64,000 nucleotides of DNA from an uncultured Solirubrobacterales bacterium (GCA_963788975.1 CAWBIJ010000003.1:71156-135155); one strand, 5' to 3'. Numbered from the stretch's first letter, positions 24,999-35,622 are shown. Notes: generated by a model from the letters alone, not told the origin. Numbers and translations: made by a program.

Positions 24999-25789
24999 TG
25001 GACACAGCTCTGACACTTCCCACCTGGCGGGCCAACCTGGCGATGATCGGCGCGCTGATGGCGCGCTCTCGCAACGAGCTGCTGCGGGTGCCGGGGGCCG
25101 CGATCCCTGGGGTGCTGGCGCCGACGATCTTCTTCCTCGGCCTGAACGGGGTCTTTGGCGCGCTCACCCAGCTGAACGGCTTCACCACCGGCACCTACGA
25201 GAGCTTCATCGTGCCGATCAGCATGCTCCAGGGGGCCGGGTTCACCGGCGCGGCGGCCGGCGTCAACCTCGCCCGCGACTTCGAGCACGGCTGGGTCGAC
25301 CGCCTGCTCGTCTCCCCCGCCCCACGCTGGGTGCTGCTTGCCGGCACCGTCCTCGCCGCCAGCACGCGGGCGCTAATCCCGGCCACCTTCGTGCTCGCGG
25401 TGGCACTGCCGCTCGGCGCCGGCTGGCCAGGGATCGACGGGCTGGTGGTCACTTACCTGATGGTTGTCGCGATGGCGGCCATCGCCGCCTGCTGGGGATC
25501 GATGCTGGCGCTGCGCTTCAAGAGCCAGTCGGCGGCACCCCTGATGCAGGCCGGGATGATGGCGCTGATCCTGACCACGACCGCCTACGCGCCGCTCGCC
25601 CTGCTTCAGCCCTGGCTGCGAAGCGTCGCGGAGGTCAACCCGATCACCGAGGTCGTCGAAGCGGCGCGGCAAGGGTTCATCAGCGGAGTCACATGGGCCG
25701 AGACCTGGCCCGGGATCGTGGCGCTGGCCGGGATGCTGGCCCTGCTCGGCGCACTGGCGCTGCGCGAAATGCGCCGCACGGCAGTGTGA
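24998..25789 (+). CDS. ABC-2 type transporter permease (second)
   Basis: ATG 24998-25000 overlaps the previous stop (TGATG). MDTALTLPTWRANLAMIGALMARSRNELLRVPG... is hydrophobic throughout. It is part of the listed ORF 24206-25789. Confidence 0.8.
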   Translation: MDTALTLPTWRANLAMIGALMARSRNELLRVPGAAIPGVLAPTIFFLGLNGVFGALTQLNGFTTGTYESFIVPISMLQGAGFTGAAAGVNLARDFEHGWVDRLLVSPAPRWVLLAGTVLAASTRALIPATFVLAVALPLGAGWPGIDGLVVTYLMVVAMAAIAACWGSMLALRFKSQSAAPLMQAGMMALILTTTAYAPLALLQPWLRSVAEVNPITEVVEAARQGFISGVTWAETWPGIVALAGMLALLGALALREMRRTAV

Positions 25790-26955
25790 ACGAGAGCGCG
25801 ACCGAAATCGCCGAGCGCGTCCTGCGCCAGAACTGGCTGGAGGGCGAGCGCGACGGCGTCCCCTACGCCTACACCCGCCCCAGCCCGACCCGCTACCCGT
25901 GGCAGTGGTACTGGGACTCCTGCTTCGCGGCGATCGTCTGGCGGCGCTTCGACCCGGGCCGGGCACGGACCGAGCTGGAGAGCCTGCTCGCCGCCCAGCG
26001 CGAGGATGGCTTCATCGGCCACACGATCTTCTGGGACCGACCCGTCTCCCTCGTCCGCCTGCCCTTCTACAACGTCTCCTCGCGCCAGGCCCTGCAGACC
26101 GGGACGATCCAGCCACCGCTGCTTGCCTGGGCCTGGTCGATCGCCGTCGGCGACCCGACTGGCGAGCCACGCATCGCCGCTCAAGCGGAGTGGCTGGCCG
26201 CGAACCGCGACCTCGAGGGCGACGGGCTGCTTTGGATCGTCCAGCCCGACGAGTCCGGCCTCGACGCCTCGCCCAAGTTCGACCCGGTCTGGGGGCGGCG
26301 AGCCAACGGGCGAATCGGCTTCCCCTGCCTGGTGCGGCGCAATCGTCGCTTCGGCTTCGACGCGCGGCGGATCGACGCGCACGGCGGCCCGCTGCTCTGC
26401 GAGACCCTGGTCAACACGTTCTGGTCGCTCTCGCTGCAGGCGCTCGGCCTGCCCTCGGCGACCCCGGCTCTGGTCGAGCGGCTCTGGGACGACGGGCGCG
26501 GCCTCTTCCTCGATGAGGTCCGCCCGGGCGGCGCCCGCCCCGGCGTCGTCACCTGGGCGGCCCTCGCCCCCCTCGCCCTGCCGGATCTGCCCAAAGAAAT
26601 CAGCCATCGCCTGATCGAGGAGCACCTGCTGAGTCGGGAGGAGTTCCTCACCCCGGTCGCCCCGCCTTCCGTCGCTGCCTCGGAGCCGAACTACGAGCCG
26701 GACGGAGGCCGCGGCCCGATCCGCCGCTACTGGCGCGGCCCGACCTGGGTCAACTCCGCCTGGATGGTCTGGCTCGGCCTGCGCCGCTTCGGCTACGAGC
26801 AGGAGGCGAACCGCCTCGCCGCGGGACTGATCGGTGCGGTCGAGCGCGAAGGCCTGCGCGAGTACTACGACCCACGGACCGGCAAGGGCCTAGGCGCCAA
26901 AGACTTCGCCTGGTCGGCGCTCGTTGCAGAGTGGGCCCAAACCAAGCCTGGCTAG
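25786..26955 (+). CDS. six-hairpin glycosidase, GH63/GDE_C-like (glucosyl-/mannosylglycerate hydrolase-like)
   Basis: GTG 25786 overlaps the permease stop. The motifs YPWQWYWDSCFAAIVW, LLWIVQPDESGLDASPKFD and YWRGPTWVNSAWMVWLGL resemble GH63-type enzymes. Confidence 0.65.
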   Translation: MNESATEIAERVLRQNWLEGERDGVPYAYTRPSPTRYPWQWYWDSCFAAIVWRRFDPGRARTELESLLAAQREDGFIGHTIFWDRPVSLVRLPFYNVSSRQALQTGTIQPPLLAWAWSIAVGDPTGEPRIAAQAEWLAANRDLEGDGLLWIVQPDESGLDASPKFDPVWGRRANGRIGFPCLVRRNRRFGFDARRIDAHGGPLLCETLVNTFWSLSLQALGLPSATPALVERLWDDGRGLFLDEVRPGGARPGVVTWAALAPLALPDLPKEISHRLIEEHLLSREEFLTPVAPPSVAASEPNYEPDGGRGPIRRYWRGPTWVNSAWMVWLGLRRFGYEQEANRLAAGLIGAVEREGLREYYDPRTGKGLGAKDFAWSALVAEWAQTKPG

Positions 26956-27021
26956 GACGCAGGGAGCGTGGCGTGCTCCGCACGCGAGCGACCGAGGACA
27001 ACGCCAGGCGCCGGTTTGGGC
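26935..27021. repeat. palindromic intergenic repeat, short form (copy C)
   Basis: Termini GCCCAAACC...GGTTTGGGC, with a core matching copy B. It spans the whole gap between the convergent genes, includes the glycosidase TAG stop (26953-26955) and touches the infA stop. Confidence 0.8.
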
Positions 27022-27236
27022 TATTTGTACCTGTAGGTGATCCGACCTCTGTCTAGGTCGTACGGGGAAAGCTCGATCTTCACCCGGTCGCCGGGCAGGA
27101 TGCGGATGTAGTGGCGGCGCATCTTGCCGGAGATGTGTCCGAGGACCTCGTGGTCGTTGTCCAGTTTGACCCGGAACATCGTGTTGGGGAGGGCCTCGGT
27201 GATCTCGCCCTCCATCTCGATCTTCTCCTCTGCCAT
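27021..27236 (-). CDS. infA: translation initiation factor IF-1
   Basis: [71 protein letters not shown]. Confidence 0.97.
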   Translation of the reverse strand: MAEEKIEMEGEITEALPNTMFRVKLDNDHEVLGHISGKMRRHYIRILPGDRVKIELSPYDLDRGRITYRYK

Positions 27237-27262
27237 AGGCAGGGAGCGTATCCGATGGGCGC

Positions 27263-28687
27263 TCAGCCCCGGATCCGGCGCGCCTGCTCCACGGCCTCGG
27301 CCCTGGTGGCGATCTCGCCTGCATACTGCGCCGCCTCCAGCTCGGCGAGCAGCTCGCCGAGCTCGGGACCCTCCTCCATGCCCAGCTCGGCAGCCAGCTC
27401 GTCGCCGGGAAGCAGCGGCGCCGGAGGTCCGTCGCGACGCCAGTCGAGCGCCGCCACGATCATCTCTCGGGCCAGCTCCAGGTGCGCTGCGATCGCATCG
27501 TCTGTGGCAAATGGGCCGCCGCCGCGGGCGGAGAGGCGGTCGGCCACGGTCAGCAGGGTCACATCGACGGAGACCGGCTCGGTCGCACGCAGGTACTCAT
27601 GGACGCGCCGCGGTGGCAAGGGCATCTCGTGGACGAGGAAGCCGAGCCGCAGGTGGTGGAGGGTCAATGCCCGAAGGTGACCGGTGAGGACGCGACTCGC
27701 TCGCAGCCGCCGGCAGAGTCCGGCGACGATCTCGGCGCCGTCGCTGTCATGGCCGATGAAGGTCACGTAGCCGTTCCGCTCCCCCCGCGTCGCCGGCTTG
27801 CCGACGTCGTGCAGCAGGGCACCGAAGCGGAGCGCGGTGCCGCGGGTCATCTCGTCGGCCAGCGGCTCGGCGAGCAGCGCCCGCACGTCGGCGGCGCGCT
27901 CGCCGGCGAAGCGCTGGAGATCGCCCTCCAGCTCGAGTGTCTGCTCGAGCACGGCGAGCGTGTGGCCGTACACGTCGAGGTGGTGGTTGGGGCCCTGCTC
28001 CACTCCACGCAGCGCCTCCAGCTCGGGCAGCGCTACCGCCGTTAGCCCGAGCTCGCCGAGCAGCTCCAGTCCGGGCAGCGGCCGTGGGCCGCCGACCAGC
28101 AGGCGCAGCTCGACCAGTTGGCGCTCGCCCGCGACCCCGGCGAGGCGCGCGGCTTCCGCGCGGGCGAGCGCGGCCGTGTTCGAGTCGACGTCCAGGTCCA
28201 GCTCAGCGGCAAGTCTGGCGGCGCGCAGCAACCGCAGCGGATCAGCTGCGAAGCTGCCCTCGCCGACCGCTCGCAGCACGCCGCGGTCGAGGTCAGCGAG
28301 GCCGCCGTGGGGGTCGAGCAGCTCGCCCCCGGAGAGTGGCGCCGCGACGGCGCCGACGGTGAAGTCACGCGCCGCCAGGTCTGCCTCGATCGTCTCGCCG
28401 CGCAGCGCCGTCACGTCGATCTGCCAGGAGCCGTCGGCAGCCGCGGCGCGCCAGGTCGCAAACTCTGCAGAGAGCTGAAAGGAGTGGCCGCCGCCCTCAC
28501 GGGCTACCGCCTTGGCGAGGGGCGCGGGATCGCCGGCGGAGGCGAGGTCGAGGTCGGTCACCTCGCGGCCCAAGGCGGCGTCGCGGATCGCGCCGCCGGC
28601 GATCCAGACTCCCTCGCCGCTGCCCAAAGCCCGGCGCGCCAGCGCCACCAGCGGCGAGGCCGCGAGGCGCTCGGCCACAGCGCTCAT
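27263..28687 (-). CDS. cca: CCA tRNA nucleotidyltransferase / poly(A) polymerase family with HD domain
   Basis: [22 protein letters not shown] (PolyA_pol head) and the HD motif LLHDVGKP. Confidence 0.8.
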   Translation of the reverse strand: MSAVAERLAASPLVALARRALGSGEGVWIAGGAIRDAALGREVTDLDLASAGDPAPLAKAVAREGGGHSFQLSAEFATWRAAAADGSWQIDVTALRGETIEADLAARDFTVGAVAAPLSGGELLDPHGGLADLDRGVLRAVGEGSFAADPLRLLRAARLAAELDLDVDSNTAALARAEAARLAGVAGERQLVELRLLVGGPRPLPGLELLGELGLTAVALPELEALRGVEQGPNHHLDVYGHTLAVLEQTLELEGDLQRFAGERAADVRALLAEPLADEMTRGTALRFGALLHDVGKPATRGERNGYVTFIGHDSDGAEIVAGLCRRLRASRVLTGHLRALTLHHLRLGFLVHEMPLPPRRVHEYLRATEPVSVDVTLLTVADRLSARGGGPFATDDAIAAHLELAREMIVAALDWRRDGPPAPLLPGDELAAELGMEEGPELGELLAELEAAQYAGEIATRAEAVEQARRIRG

Positions 28688-29796
28688 GTCGCTCTGGGCA
28701 CGCGGGCGGAGATCCCGCAGGTGACCTCGTAGTTGATCGTGCCGAGCCGGGCCGCCACCTCCTCGGCGAGGATCGTCTCCCCATTCTGAGTGCCGATCAG
28801 CACCGCCTCGTCGCCGGGCTCGACGTCGGTTTCGGGACCGAGGTCAATCGTCACGTTGTCCATCGAGACGGTGCCGACCAGCGGGCGCCGCCGGCCACGG
28901 ACCAGGACCTCGGCGTTGTTGGAGAGACCGCGTCGCACCCCGTCGCCGTAGCCGAGCGGCAGCACGCCGACGCGGGTCTCCTCCTGTGCTCGCCACGTGC
29001 GTCCGTAGCCGGCGCTGTCACCTGCGGCGAAGCGCTTCACGTCGGCGACGTAGGAGCGCAGCGACATGGCGGGGGCGAGATCGCGCGCGGCGGGGTCGCC
29101 CTGGAACGGGTCGAGTCCGTAGACGGCGACGCCGCAGCGAGCCATGTCGAAGTGGGAACGCGCCTCGCGGAAGACCGCGGCGCTGTTCGCCGCGTGCGCG
29201 ATCGCCTCGGGGAACTCGCTCTTGACCGCCTCGGCGACAGCCGCGAAGCGCTCGAGCTGCTGGTCGAAGAAACCATCGTCCGAATCCGGTTCGTCGGCGG
29301 TGGCGAAGTGGGTCCAGATACCGGCGAGCTCCAGGTCGGGATCCTCCGCGCAAGCGCGGGCCAGAGCCAGAACGGCTTCGGAGTCTCGGTTGCCGAGACG
29401 GCCCATGCCGGTGTCGTACTTGACGTGGACACCGATCGCCCGGCCGTGAGCGCGGGCGCGGTCGGCGACGATGCGCCGGAAGTCCTCGTGCCAAACCGCC
29501 ACCTCCGAGCCGGCCGACAGTGCCGCGTCGAGGTCGTCCGGGGTAAGTGCCCCCATCGCCAGCAGCGGAACGTGCGGGAAGCGGCGTCCAATCTGCGCCG
29601 CCTCCACCCCAGTAGCCACTGCCAACCTCGTAGCTCCGCCGCTAAGTGCGGCGGAGACGCAGGCGTCGGCACCGTGACCGTAGCCATCCGCCTTCACCAC
29701 CGCGCACAGCTCCGCGCCCTCGCGCAGCGTCGCCTTCAGTCGCACGCAGTTGCGCTCGACAGCGGCGAGGTCGATCCGGGCGACTGCCCGTTCCAT
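28684..29796 (-). CDS. alr: alanine racemase
   Basis: PLP-lysine motif AVVKADGYGHGA and a typical C-terminal beta domain. Confidence 0.92.
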   Translation of the reverse strand: MERAVARIDLAAVERNCVRLKATLREGAELCAVVKADGYGHGADACVSAALSGGATRLAVATGVEAAQIGRRFPHVPLLAMGALTPDDLDAALSAGSEVAVWHEDFRRIVADRARAHGRAIGVHVKYDTGMGRLGNRDSEAVLALARACAEDPDLELAGIWTHFATADEPDSDDGFFDQQLERFAAVAEAVKSEFPEAIAHAANSAAVFREARSHFDMARCGVAVYGLDPFQGDPAARDLAPAMSLRSYVADVKRFAAGDSAGYGRTWRAQEETRVGVLPLGYGDGVRRGLSNNAEVLVRGRRRPLVGTVSMDNVTIDLGPETDVEPGDEAVLIGTQNGETILAEEVAARLGTINYEVTCGISARVPRAT

Positions 29797-29842
29797 TAGC
29801 GCTCCCCGTCGTCGCTACCGATGGTGGTCGCGGCGGTGAGCA

Positions 29843-30304
29843 CTAGTCGGCGATCAGCGCGGCCAGCGCGTCGGCCCGCGTGACCAGTCCGGCGAGACGA
29901 CCGTCGGCGTCGACCACGGGCAGGTGATTGTGGTGCTTCTCGGCGATCGTCCTCGCCACCCACTCGGCGGAGTTGTCGACGTTGGCGACAACCGGGTCGC
30001 GGGTCATCAGCTCGGAGACTTTCGTCGCGAAGGCCTTCTCGAGGCGCTCCTCGAAGCCCTTCATCGAGCCGATGAAGACCACGCCTCCCATGATGTTGAG
30101 GAAGTGCGGCAGATGGAGGTCGGCTTCCTCCTCGCTGAGGACCAGATCGGACTCGCTGACTATCCCGACCACGCGCCGGTCCCCGTCGACAACGGGGATC
30201 GCGCTCTTGTCGGTCTTGGCGAGCAGCTCGACCGCAGCGCGGGCATCGGCCTCGGGTGAGACGGCCGGCACGTCGGCGTCCATGATCTCGGCGGCGGTCT
30301 TCAT
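29843..30304 (-). CDS. CBS domain pair protein
   Basis: Two CBS repeats (IPVVDGDRRVVGIVSESDL; LPVVDADGRLAGLVTRADAL). Confidence 0.85.
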   Translation of the reverse strand: MKTAAEIMDADVPAVSPEADARAAVELLAKTDKSAIPVVDGDRRVVGIVSESDLVLSEEEADLHLPHFLNIMGGVVFIGSMKGFEERLEKAFATKVSELMTRDPVVANVDNSAEWVARTIAEKHHNHLPVVDADGRLAGLVTRADALAALIAD

Positions 30305-31824
30305 CGGTCGGGAAGCGTATCCGGAAGCAACGCCGACGGGATCGAGTCGATCACGTCGGTGGCGATGACCGACTCGACGGAGCCGATTTTGTCTGCGGCA
30401 TCACGGCCCGCGCGGGCGTGGGCGAGCACCGCCGCACAGGCAGCAGCAAGGGGGTCGAGACCGCGAGCAAGCAGGGCCGCAATCATCCCGGAGAGGACGT
30501 CGCCGCTGCCAGCGGTGGCGAGCGCCGGAGCGGACAGCGCGTTGACCGCGACTTGCTCGCCGTCGCTGACGATCGTGTCGTCGCCCTTGAGCACGACGAC
30601 GGCGCCGGCGGCACGGGCCGCCTCACGAACCGAGGCGAGACGGCGGGCCGACACCTGCTCGGAGCTGCTCCCGAGCAACCTGCCCAGCTCGCCGGCGTGC
30701 GGGGTGAGGACGGTCGGCGCGTCCCGCGCGGCGATCGGGCTGAGATCGCCGGCGAAAGCGTTGAGCCCGTCAGCATCGAGTACCAGCGGCGCCTCGATCG
30801 CGTCGAGGACTTCGCGCGCCAACTCGATCGAGCCGGGGTCGCGGCCGAGCCCCGGCCCGAGCACGCCGGCGGCGGCGGGCTCGAAAGCGCGCAGCGCAGC
30901 CTTCGCCGAGGCGGGAACGAGACGCCCGTCGCCACCCGGGCAGCCGACCGACATCACCTCCGGCTGGGCGGCCTCGAAGATCGGCTCCAGGTCAGCGGGC
31001 ACGGCCACTGTCGCGTAGCCCGCCCCGGCGCGGATCGCCGCCAGGGAGGCCATCCTCACCGCGCCGGTGAGACCTCGTGAGCCGCCGGCAACCGTCACCT
31101 GGCCCGAGCTGAACTTGGTCGAGCGGGGGCCACGGCGCGGCGCCAGGCTCAGCACGGAGGATGAGATGGCACCGGCGGCGGGCTCGGCCGGCGCGCCATC
31201 GGGGATCCCAATCGGCGCAACCTGCAGTTCGCCCGTATGCCACTTGCCCGGCGCGATCCTGTGGCCGATCTTCGGCGCGTGAAAGCTGACGGTGACCGCG
31301 GCTTCGACCGCTATGCCCTCGACCTCGCCGCTCGAAGCGTCGACGCCGGAGGCGACGTCGCAAGCGACGACCGGCGCCCCGCAGCGGTTGATCGCCTCGA
31401 TCGCCGCGGCGGCGGGCTCGCGCGGCGCCCCTGAGAACCCGGTGCCGAAGATCGCGTCGACGACAGCGCCCGAGCCGGCCAGCCGCTCGTCGAGGTCGTC
31501 ACTCGCCAGCTCGGCCCCGAAGCGCTCCAGGTTGGCGGCGGCATCCGCGCTCAGCTCCTCCGCAGGCCCGAGCAGCAACGCCTCGACCTCGTAGCCCATG
31601 CCGGCCAGGTGTCGCGCCGCGACCAGCCCGTCGCCGCCGTTGTTGCCCTTGCCGCAGACCACGCACACCGGCTCCTGCGGCGCCAGCTCCGCCACCGCCT
31701 CCGCCACCGCTCGCCCGGCGGCCTCCATCAGCTCCAGCGAAGGCACCCCCCGCTCCTCGATCGCCCAAGCGTCGACCGCCCGCATCCCCTCGGCGTCGTA
31801 AAGAGGATTGAGCCAGGGCTTCAT
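30301..31824 (-). CDS. nnr: bifunctional NAD(P)H-hydrate epimerase / ADP-dependent dehydratase
   Basis: YjeF_N motif CGKGNNGGDGLV and a C-terminal carbohydrate-kinase motif GSGDVLSG. Confidence 0.9.
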   Translation of the reverse strand: MKPWLNPLYDAEGMRAVDAWAIEERGVPSLELMEAAGRAVAEAVAELAPQEPVCVVCGKGNNGGDGLVAARHLAGMGYEVEALLLGPAEELSADAAANLERFGAELASDDLDERLAGSGAVVDAIFGTGFSGAPREPAAAAIEAINRCGAPVVACDVASGVDASSGEVEGIAVEAAVTVSFHAPKIGHRIAPGKWHTGELQVAPIGIPDGAPAEPAAGAISSSVLSLAPRRGPRSTKFSSGQVTVAGGSRGLTGAVRMASLAAIRAGAGYATVAVPADLEPIFEAAQPEVMSVGCPGGDGRLVPASAKAALRAFEPAAAGVLGPGLGRDPGSIELAREVLDAIEAPLVLDADGLNAFAGDLSPIAARDAPTVLTPHAGELGRLLGSSSEQVSARRLASVREAARAAGAVVVLKGDDTIVSDGEQVAVNALSAPALATAGSGDVLSGMIAALLARGLDPLAAACAAVLAHARAGRDAADKIGSVESVIATDVIDSIPSALLPDTLPDR

Positions 31825-31825
31825 C

Positions 31826-32197
31826 TCAGGGATTCTCGGCGATCGCGACCGCAGCGGCGAAATCCTGGGAGTGAGTGAGGGAGATCCTCACCTCGCGCCC
31901 GCTCCCCGCCGCGGCGGCGCTGCCCGAGAGGCGCACAGAGGGGGGCTCGCCAGCGACCACCTCTACCTCGCGCAGGCCGAAGCCGCCCGTAAGACCCAGT
32001 GCCTTGACCACGGCCTCCTTGGCGGCAAAGCGCACCGCAAGGTGGCGAGCCGGGCGGGCGCGAGCCGCAGCGTAGTCCCGCTCGGCCGCGGTAAAGACAC
32101 GCTCGGCCAGTCGGGGGTGGCGCTCCAGAGCGCGCTCCAGCCGCTCGATCTCGAGCAGGTCGATGCCGACGCCGGTCGCCATCGCGCCCAGGCTCAC
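31826..32197 (-). CDS. acpS: holo-[acyl-carrier-protein] synthase
   Basis: GIDLLEIERLERALERHPRLAERVFT...FAAKEAVVKALG. Confidence 0.9.
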   Translation of the reverse strand: MSLGAMATGVGIDLLEIERLERALERHPRLAERVFTAAERDYAAARARPARHLAVRFAAKEAVVKALGLTGGFGLREVEVVAGEPPSVRLSGSAAAAGSGREVRISLTHSQDFAAAVAIAENP

Positions 32198-33690
32198 CCC
32201 TTTAGGCCGGCGATCAGCTTCAGGGTCGCCGGGTCGTTCTCGAGGCCGGAGCCCAGAGCGAGGAAGCGAATGCTCCGCAGGAACCGCTTCGCCTGCTCGA
32301 AGTCGGCGTCCGAGGCGGGGATGAGCGCATCGGCGAGGCGCAGCGACGCCGGGCCGTCGGCGAAGCCGATCACCGGCGTGCCGCCAAGCGAGGTGACCGC
32401 GTCGTCATAGGCAGGGTTGTCGGAGAGCGCGCTCCCTTCACCGCTCGCGAGGGCCATTCGTGTCGCGGGCAAGCCGTACCCGATCGCTATCCGGTCGCCT
32501 CGTGTCGCGATGACCAGCGGCTTGGGGCCGAGGTCCTCCGGTTCCCTCACCGAGAACCCTTCCAACGGACCGCCCAGCGCAGTCACCCCTGGCACGTCAG
32601 CCCCGCGCAGCAGCAAGCCGAGGCTGGAGATCGCATCGGTCGCCTGCGACCCCTCCGTGCTCAGCACCAGCGCTCCCCCAAGGCGGGCCTCGGTCTCACC
32701 GACGGCGAAGATCCCGGCGTCGCGGATCGAGCCGGCGATCGCGTCGAGGTCGATCCCCACTTCCTCCAAGCTGTTCTTCAGCTGGCCCGGCGGGACGCTT
32801 TCCGAGATGCCTTCGCGGTCCAGTTCGTCGATCGCCCTTTGCAGCTGCCCGCCGAAGCCGGAGAAAGCGAGGGCCGCAAACGAGCGTCCGGGAAGGGCGC
32901 CGAGCAGCTTCGGCGCGCTTCCTGCCTGTGCTTCGGTCTCGCTGAAATCGCTGCGAATGTCGATCTCCACCTGGTCCGCGCCCGGCGTCAGGCTGACCAG
33001 TGCCGCGGCGCCATCGAGCTGGACGCCAGCTGCCTCCAAGCCCCTTTCGACCTGCTCGTCGACGTCGACCTCGCCCTGGCGCAGCAGGCCGCCGACGTCC
33101 ACGTAAGCGTCGGCGAAGCTGCCCTCCGATGCGAGGGAGATGGTCTCCTCGAAGATCTCTTCGCCCGCGAGCGAGTCGCCCTCCGAGGCGGTGGCGACGG
33201 CGTCGAGCGTCTGCCTGTCGTCGGCGATGACGAGAGCGTCGTCGACGACGGCGACCTCGTTCTCGTTGGAGTCGCCGACGCGATCGATCAGCCTCTGCGT
33301 CACGGCGGTGTCAGTGGACTGGATCAGGATGATCGGCTCAGAGAGCTCCCCATCCTCGAGACGCTGAAAAGCGACCGCGCCGCTGTCTCCCAGCCAAGGT
33401 TCTACGTCCTGCTCGAAATCGAAAGACTCACCCTCGTCCCTGGCGGAGCCCTCCAGCTCAGAGATGACGAGATCGCCCAGGCTGTCGAAGCCGGAGATTT
33501 GGCGGGTCACGGAGTCGACGTTGGACCTCAGCGCGCCTTTGGGCCTCAGCGTCCCTTCGACGAAGACAACGGTCTTCGGCGGCACCAGGCCAGCAAGAGC
33601 GGAGCCCGGCGAGTCGCCGTCATCGCCGCACCCGGCAACGAAGGCAAAAAGGGAGATTTTCAGGACAGTTGAGAGGAGGCGGGTCTTCAT
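32194..33690 (-). CDS. acidic lipoprotein, unknown function
   Basis: Signal plus lipobox MKTRLLSTVLKISLFAFVAGC. 498 aa and D/E-rich. It is possibly DUF3352-like, which I cannot verify. Confidence 0.6.
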   Translation of the reverse strand: MKTRLLSTVLKISLFAFVAGCGDDGDSPGSALAGLVPPKTVVFVEGTLRPKGALRSNVDSVTRQISGFDSLGDLVISELEGSARDEGESFDFEQDVEPWLGDSGAVAFQRLEDGELSEPIILIQSTDTAVTQRLIDRVGDSNENEVAVVDDALVIADDRQTLDAVATASEGDSLAGEEIFEETISLASEGSFADAYVDVGGLLRQGEVDVDEQVERGLEAAGVQLDGAAALVSLTPGADQVEIDIRSDFSETEAQAGSAPKLLGALPGRSFAALAFSGFGGQLQRAIDELDREGISESVPPGQLKNSLEEVGIDLDAIAGSIRDAGIFAVGETEARLGGALVLSTEGSQATDAISSLGLLLRGADVPGVTALGGPLEGFSVREPEDLGPKPLVIATRGDRIAIGYGLPATRMALASGEGSALSDNPAYDDAVTSLGGTPVIGFADGPASLRLADALIPASDADFEQAKRFLRSIRFLALGSGLENDPATLKLIAGLKG

Positions 33691-33712
33691 GCGCGGCAGC
33701 CTAGCCGCCGCC

Positions 33713-35572
33713 TCACTCGACGGTTACGGTCTTGGCCAGATTGCGAGGCTGATCGACGTTGAGGCCGCGCGCCCGCGCGATGTCATAGGCGACCAGCTGC
33801 AGCGGCAGGATCGAGACGATCGGCTGCAGGATCCAGTCCGTGCGAGCGACCTCGACCGTTTCGTCGGCAACCTCGCCGACGCGCTCACAGCCTTCGGTGG
33901 CGACGGCGATCGTCTCGGCGCCGCGCGCCCGCACCTCCTCGACATTGGAGAGGACCTTGTCCAGGACCGGGCTCTCGGTGGCCACGCACACAACCGGCGT
34001 CGACTCGTCGAGCAGGGCGATCGGGCCGTGCTTCATCTCGCCGGCGGCGTAGGCGTCAGTCGGGATGTAGGAGATCTCCTTCAGCTTCAGTGCGCCCTCG
34101 AGGCAGACCGGTAGGCCGATATGGCGACCGAGGTAGAGGAAGAAGCCCTGGTCGCTGTGACGGGAGGAGACCTCGCGCACCCACTCCTCGCAACCCGCCA
34201 GGGTCGTGTCGATCTTCGAGGGCAGCGCCTTCATCTCGGCCACCAGCTCGGCGAGGCGCTCGGGTGCGAGCGTGCCGCGCACCTCCGCCAAGCGCAGCCC
34301 GATCAGGTACATCACCGCGGCTTGGGCGACGAATGTCTTCGTCGCCGCCACGCTGACCTCCATACCGGCGCGGGTGTAGAGAACAGCATCGGCGTCGCGG
34401 GTCGCCTGGCTGTCCATGACGTTGGTGATCGCCAGCACTTTGGCCCCTTTTTCGCGGGCGAGCCGCATTGCTGCCAGCGTGTCCGCCGTCTCCCCCGACT
34501 GGGTGATCCCGATCACCAGATCGTCGGGACCTACCACCGGGTTGCGGTAGCGGTACTCGGATGCAATGTCCATCTCGACCGGCACCCGCGCCCATTCCTC
34601 GATCGCATAGCGACCGACCAGCCCGGCGTGGTAGGAGGTGCCGCAGGCGACGATCACGATCCTTCGCAGACCACGGAGGAAGGCGTCGTCGAGCTCCACA
34701 TCGGAGAGGTCGACGCCCTCGTCGCCGGGAAGCCGGTCGGAGATCGTTTCCGCCACCGCGTCCGCCTGTTCGTGGATCTCCTTCAGCATGAAGGTCTCGT
34801 AGCCGCCCTTCTCGGCCGCTTCCTCGTCCCACTCGACCTGCTTGGCCTCACGCTCAACCGGGTTGCCGTCGCTGTCGGTGATCTGAACTCCCGAGGCGTC
34901 GATCGTGACGATCTCGTCGTTTTCGATCGCGACCGCCTCGCGCGTCTCCGCGAGGAAGGCGGGGATCGCCGAAGCGAGGAAGCTCTCACCGTCCCCGACG
35001 CCGGCGACCAGCGGGCACTCCTTGCGCGCGCCGACGAGCAGGCCGGGTTGGTCGGCGTGCATGGTGACGAAGGCGTAGTGGCCGCGAAGCTCGGCGAAGG
35101 CGGCCCGGACGGCAGCGGGAAGATCGCCGCCGTAGTGGCTGGCGATCAGGTGGGCGACCACCTCGGCGTCGGTTTCCGAGCTGAACTCCTCGCCACCGGC
35201 CTCGAGGCGCCGGCGCAGCTTGGCGTGGTTCTCAACGATCCCGTTGAGGACGATGTGGACCCGGTCGGAGCTGTCGCTGTGTGGGTGGGCGTTCTCCTCG
35301 GTAACGCGGCCATGCGTCGCCCAGCGCGTGTGGGCGACCCCGGTGGTGGCCGCAGGAGCGGCGACGGCAACGACGCCCCCCTCCTCGTCCCGGTCCTCGA
35401 CCGCGGCGCGCAGGTTGGAGAGGTTGCCGACAGCGCGCACGCTCTCAATATGGCCGTCCTCGATCACCGAGACTCCGGCCGAGTCATAGCCCCGGTACTC
35501 GAGCTTCTCGAGTCCGGCGACCAGCAGGGGACGGCACGGGCGCGCCCCGACGTATCCGACGATTCCACACAT
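33713..35572 (-). CDS. glmS: glutamine--fructose-6-phosphate aminotransferase
   Basis: MCGIVGYVG Ntn start, two SIS domains and a C-terminal ...NLAKTVTVE. Confidence 0.97.
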   Translation of the reverse strand: MCGIVGYVGARPCRPLLVAGLEKLEYRGYDSAGVSVIEDGHIESVRAVGNLSNLRAAVEDRDEEGGVVAVAAPAATTGVAHTRWATHGRVTEENAHPHSDSSDRVHIVLNGIVENHAKLRRRLEAGGEEFSSETDAEVVAHLIASHYGGDLPAAVRAAFAELRGHYAFVTMHADQPGLLVGARKECPLVAGVGDGESFLASAIPAFLAETREAVAIENDEIVTIDASGVQITDSDGNPVEREAKQVEWDEEAAEKGGYETFMLKEIHEQADAVAETISDRLPGDEGVDLSDVELDDAFLRGLRRIVIVACGTSYHAGLVGRYAIEEWARVPVEMDIASEYRYRNPVVGPDDLVIGITQSGETADTLAAMRLAREKGAKVLAITNVMDSQATRDADAVLYTRAGMEVSVAATKTFVAQAAVMYLIGLRLAEVRGTLAPERLAELVAEMKALPSKIDTTLAGCEEWVREVSSRHSDQGFFLYLGRHIGLPVCLEGALKLKEISYIPTDAYAAGEMKHGPIALLDESTPVVCVATESPVLDKVLSNVEEVRARGAETIAVATEGCERVGEVADETVEVARTDWILQPIVSILPLQLVAYDIARARGLNVDQPRNLAKTVTVE

Positions 35573-35622
35573 AGGGAGGCGATTAAGAGTAGAGGCCTGC
35601 TGCCAGGCGTGCGCGGGTTTCG

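Noticed and set aside
35573-35622. Possible glmS ribozyme upstream of glmS.
   Set aside because: Only 50 bp separate glmS from glmM and there are no conserved ribozyme core elements.
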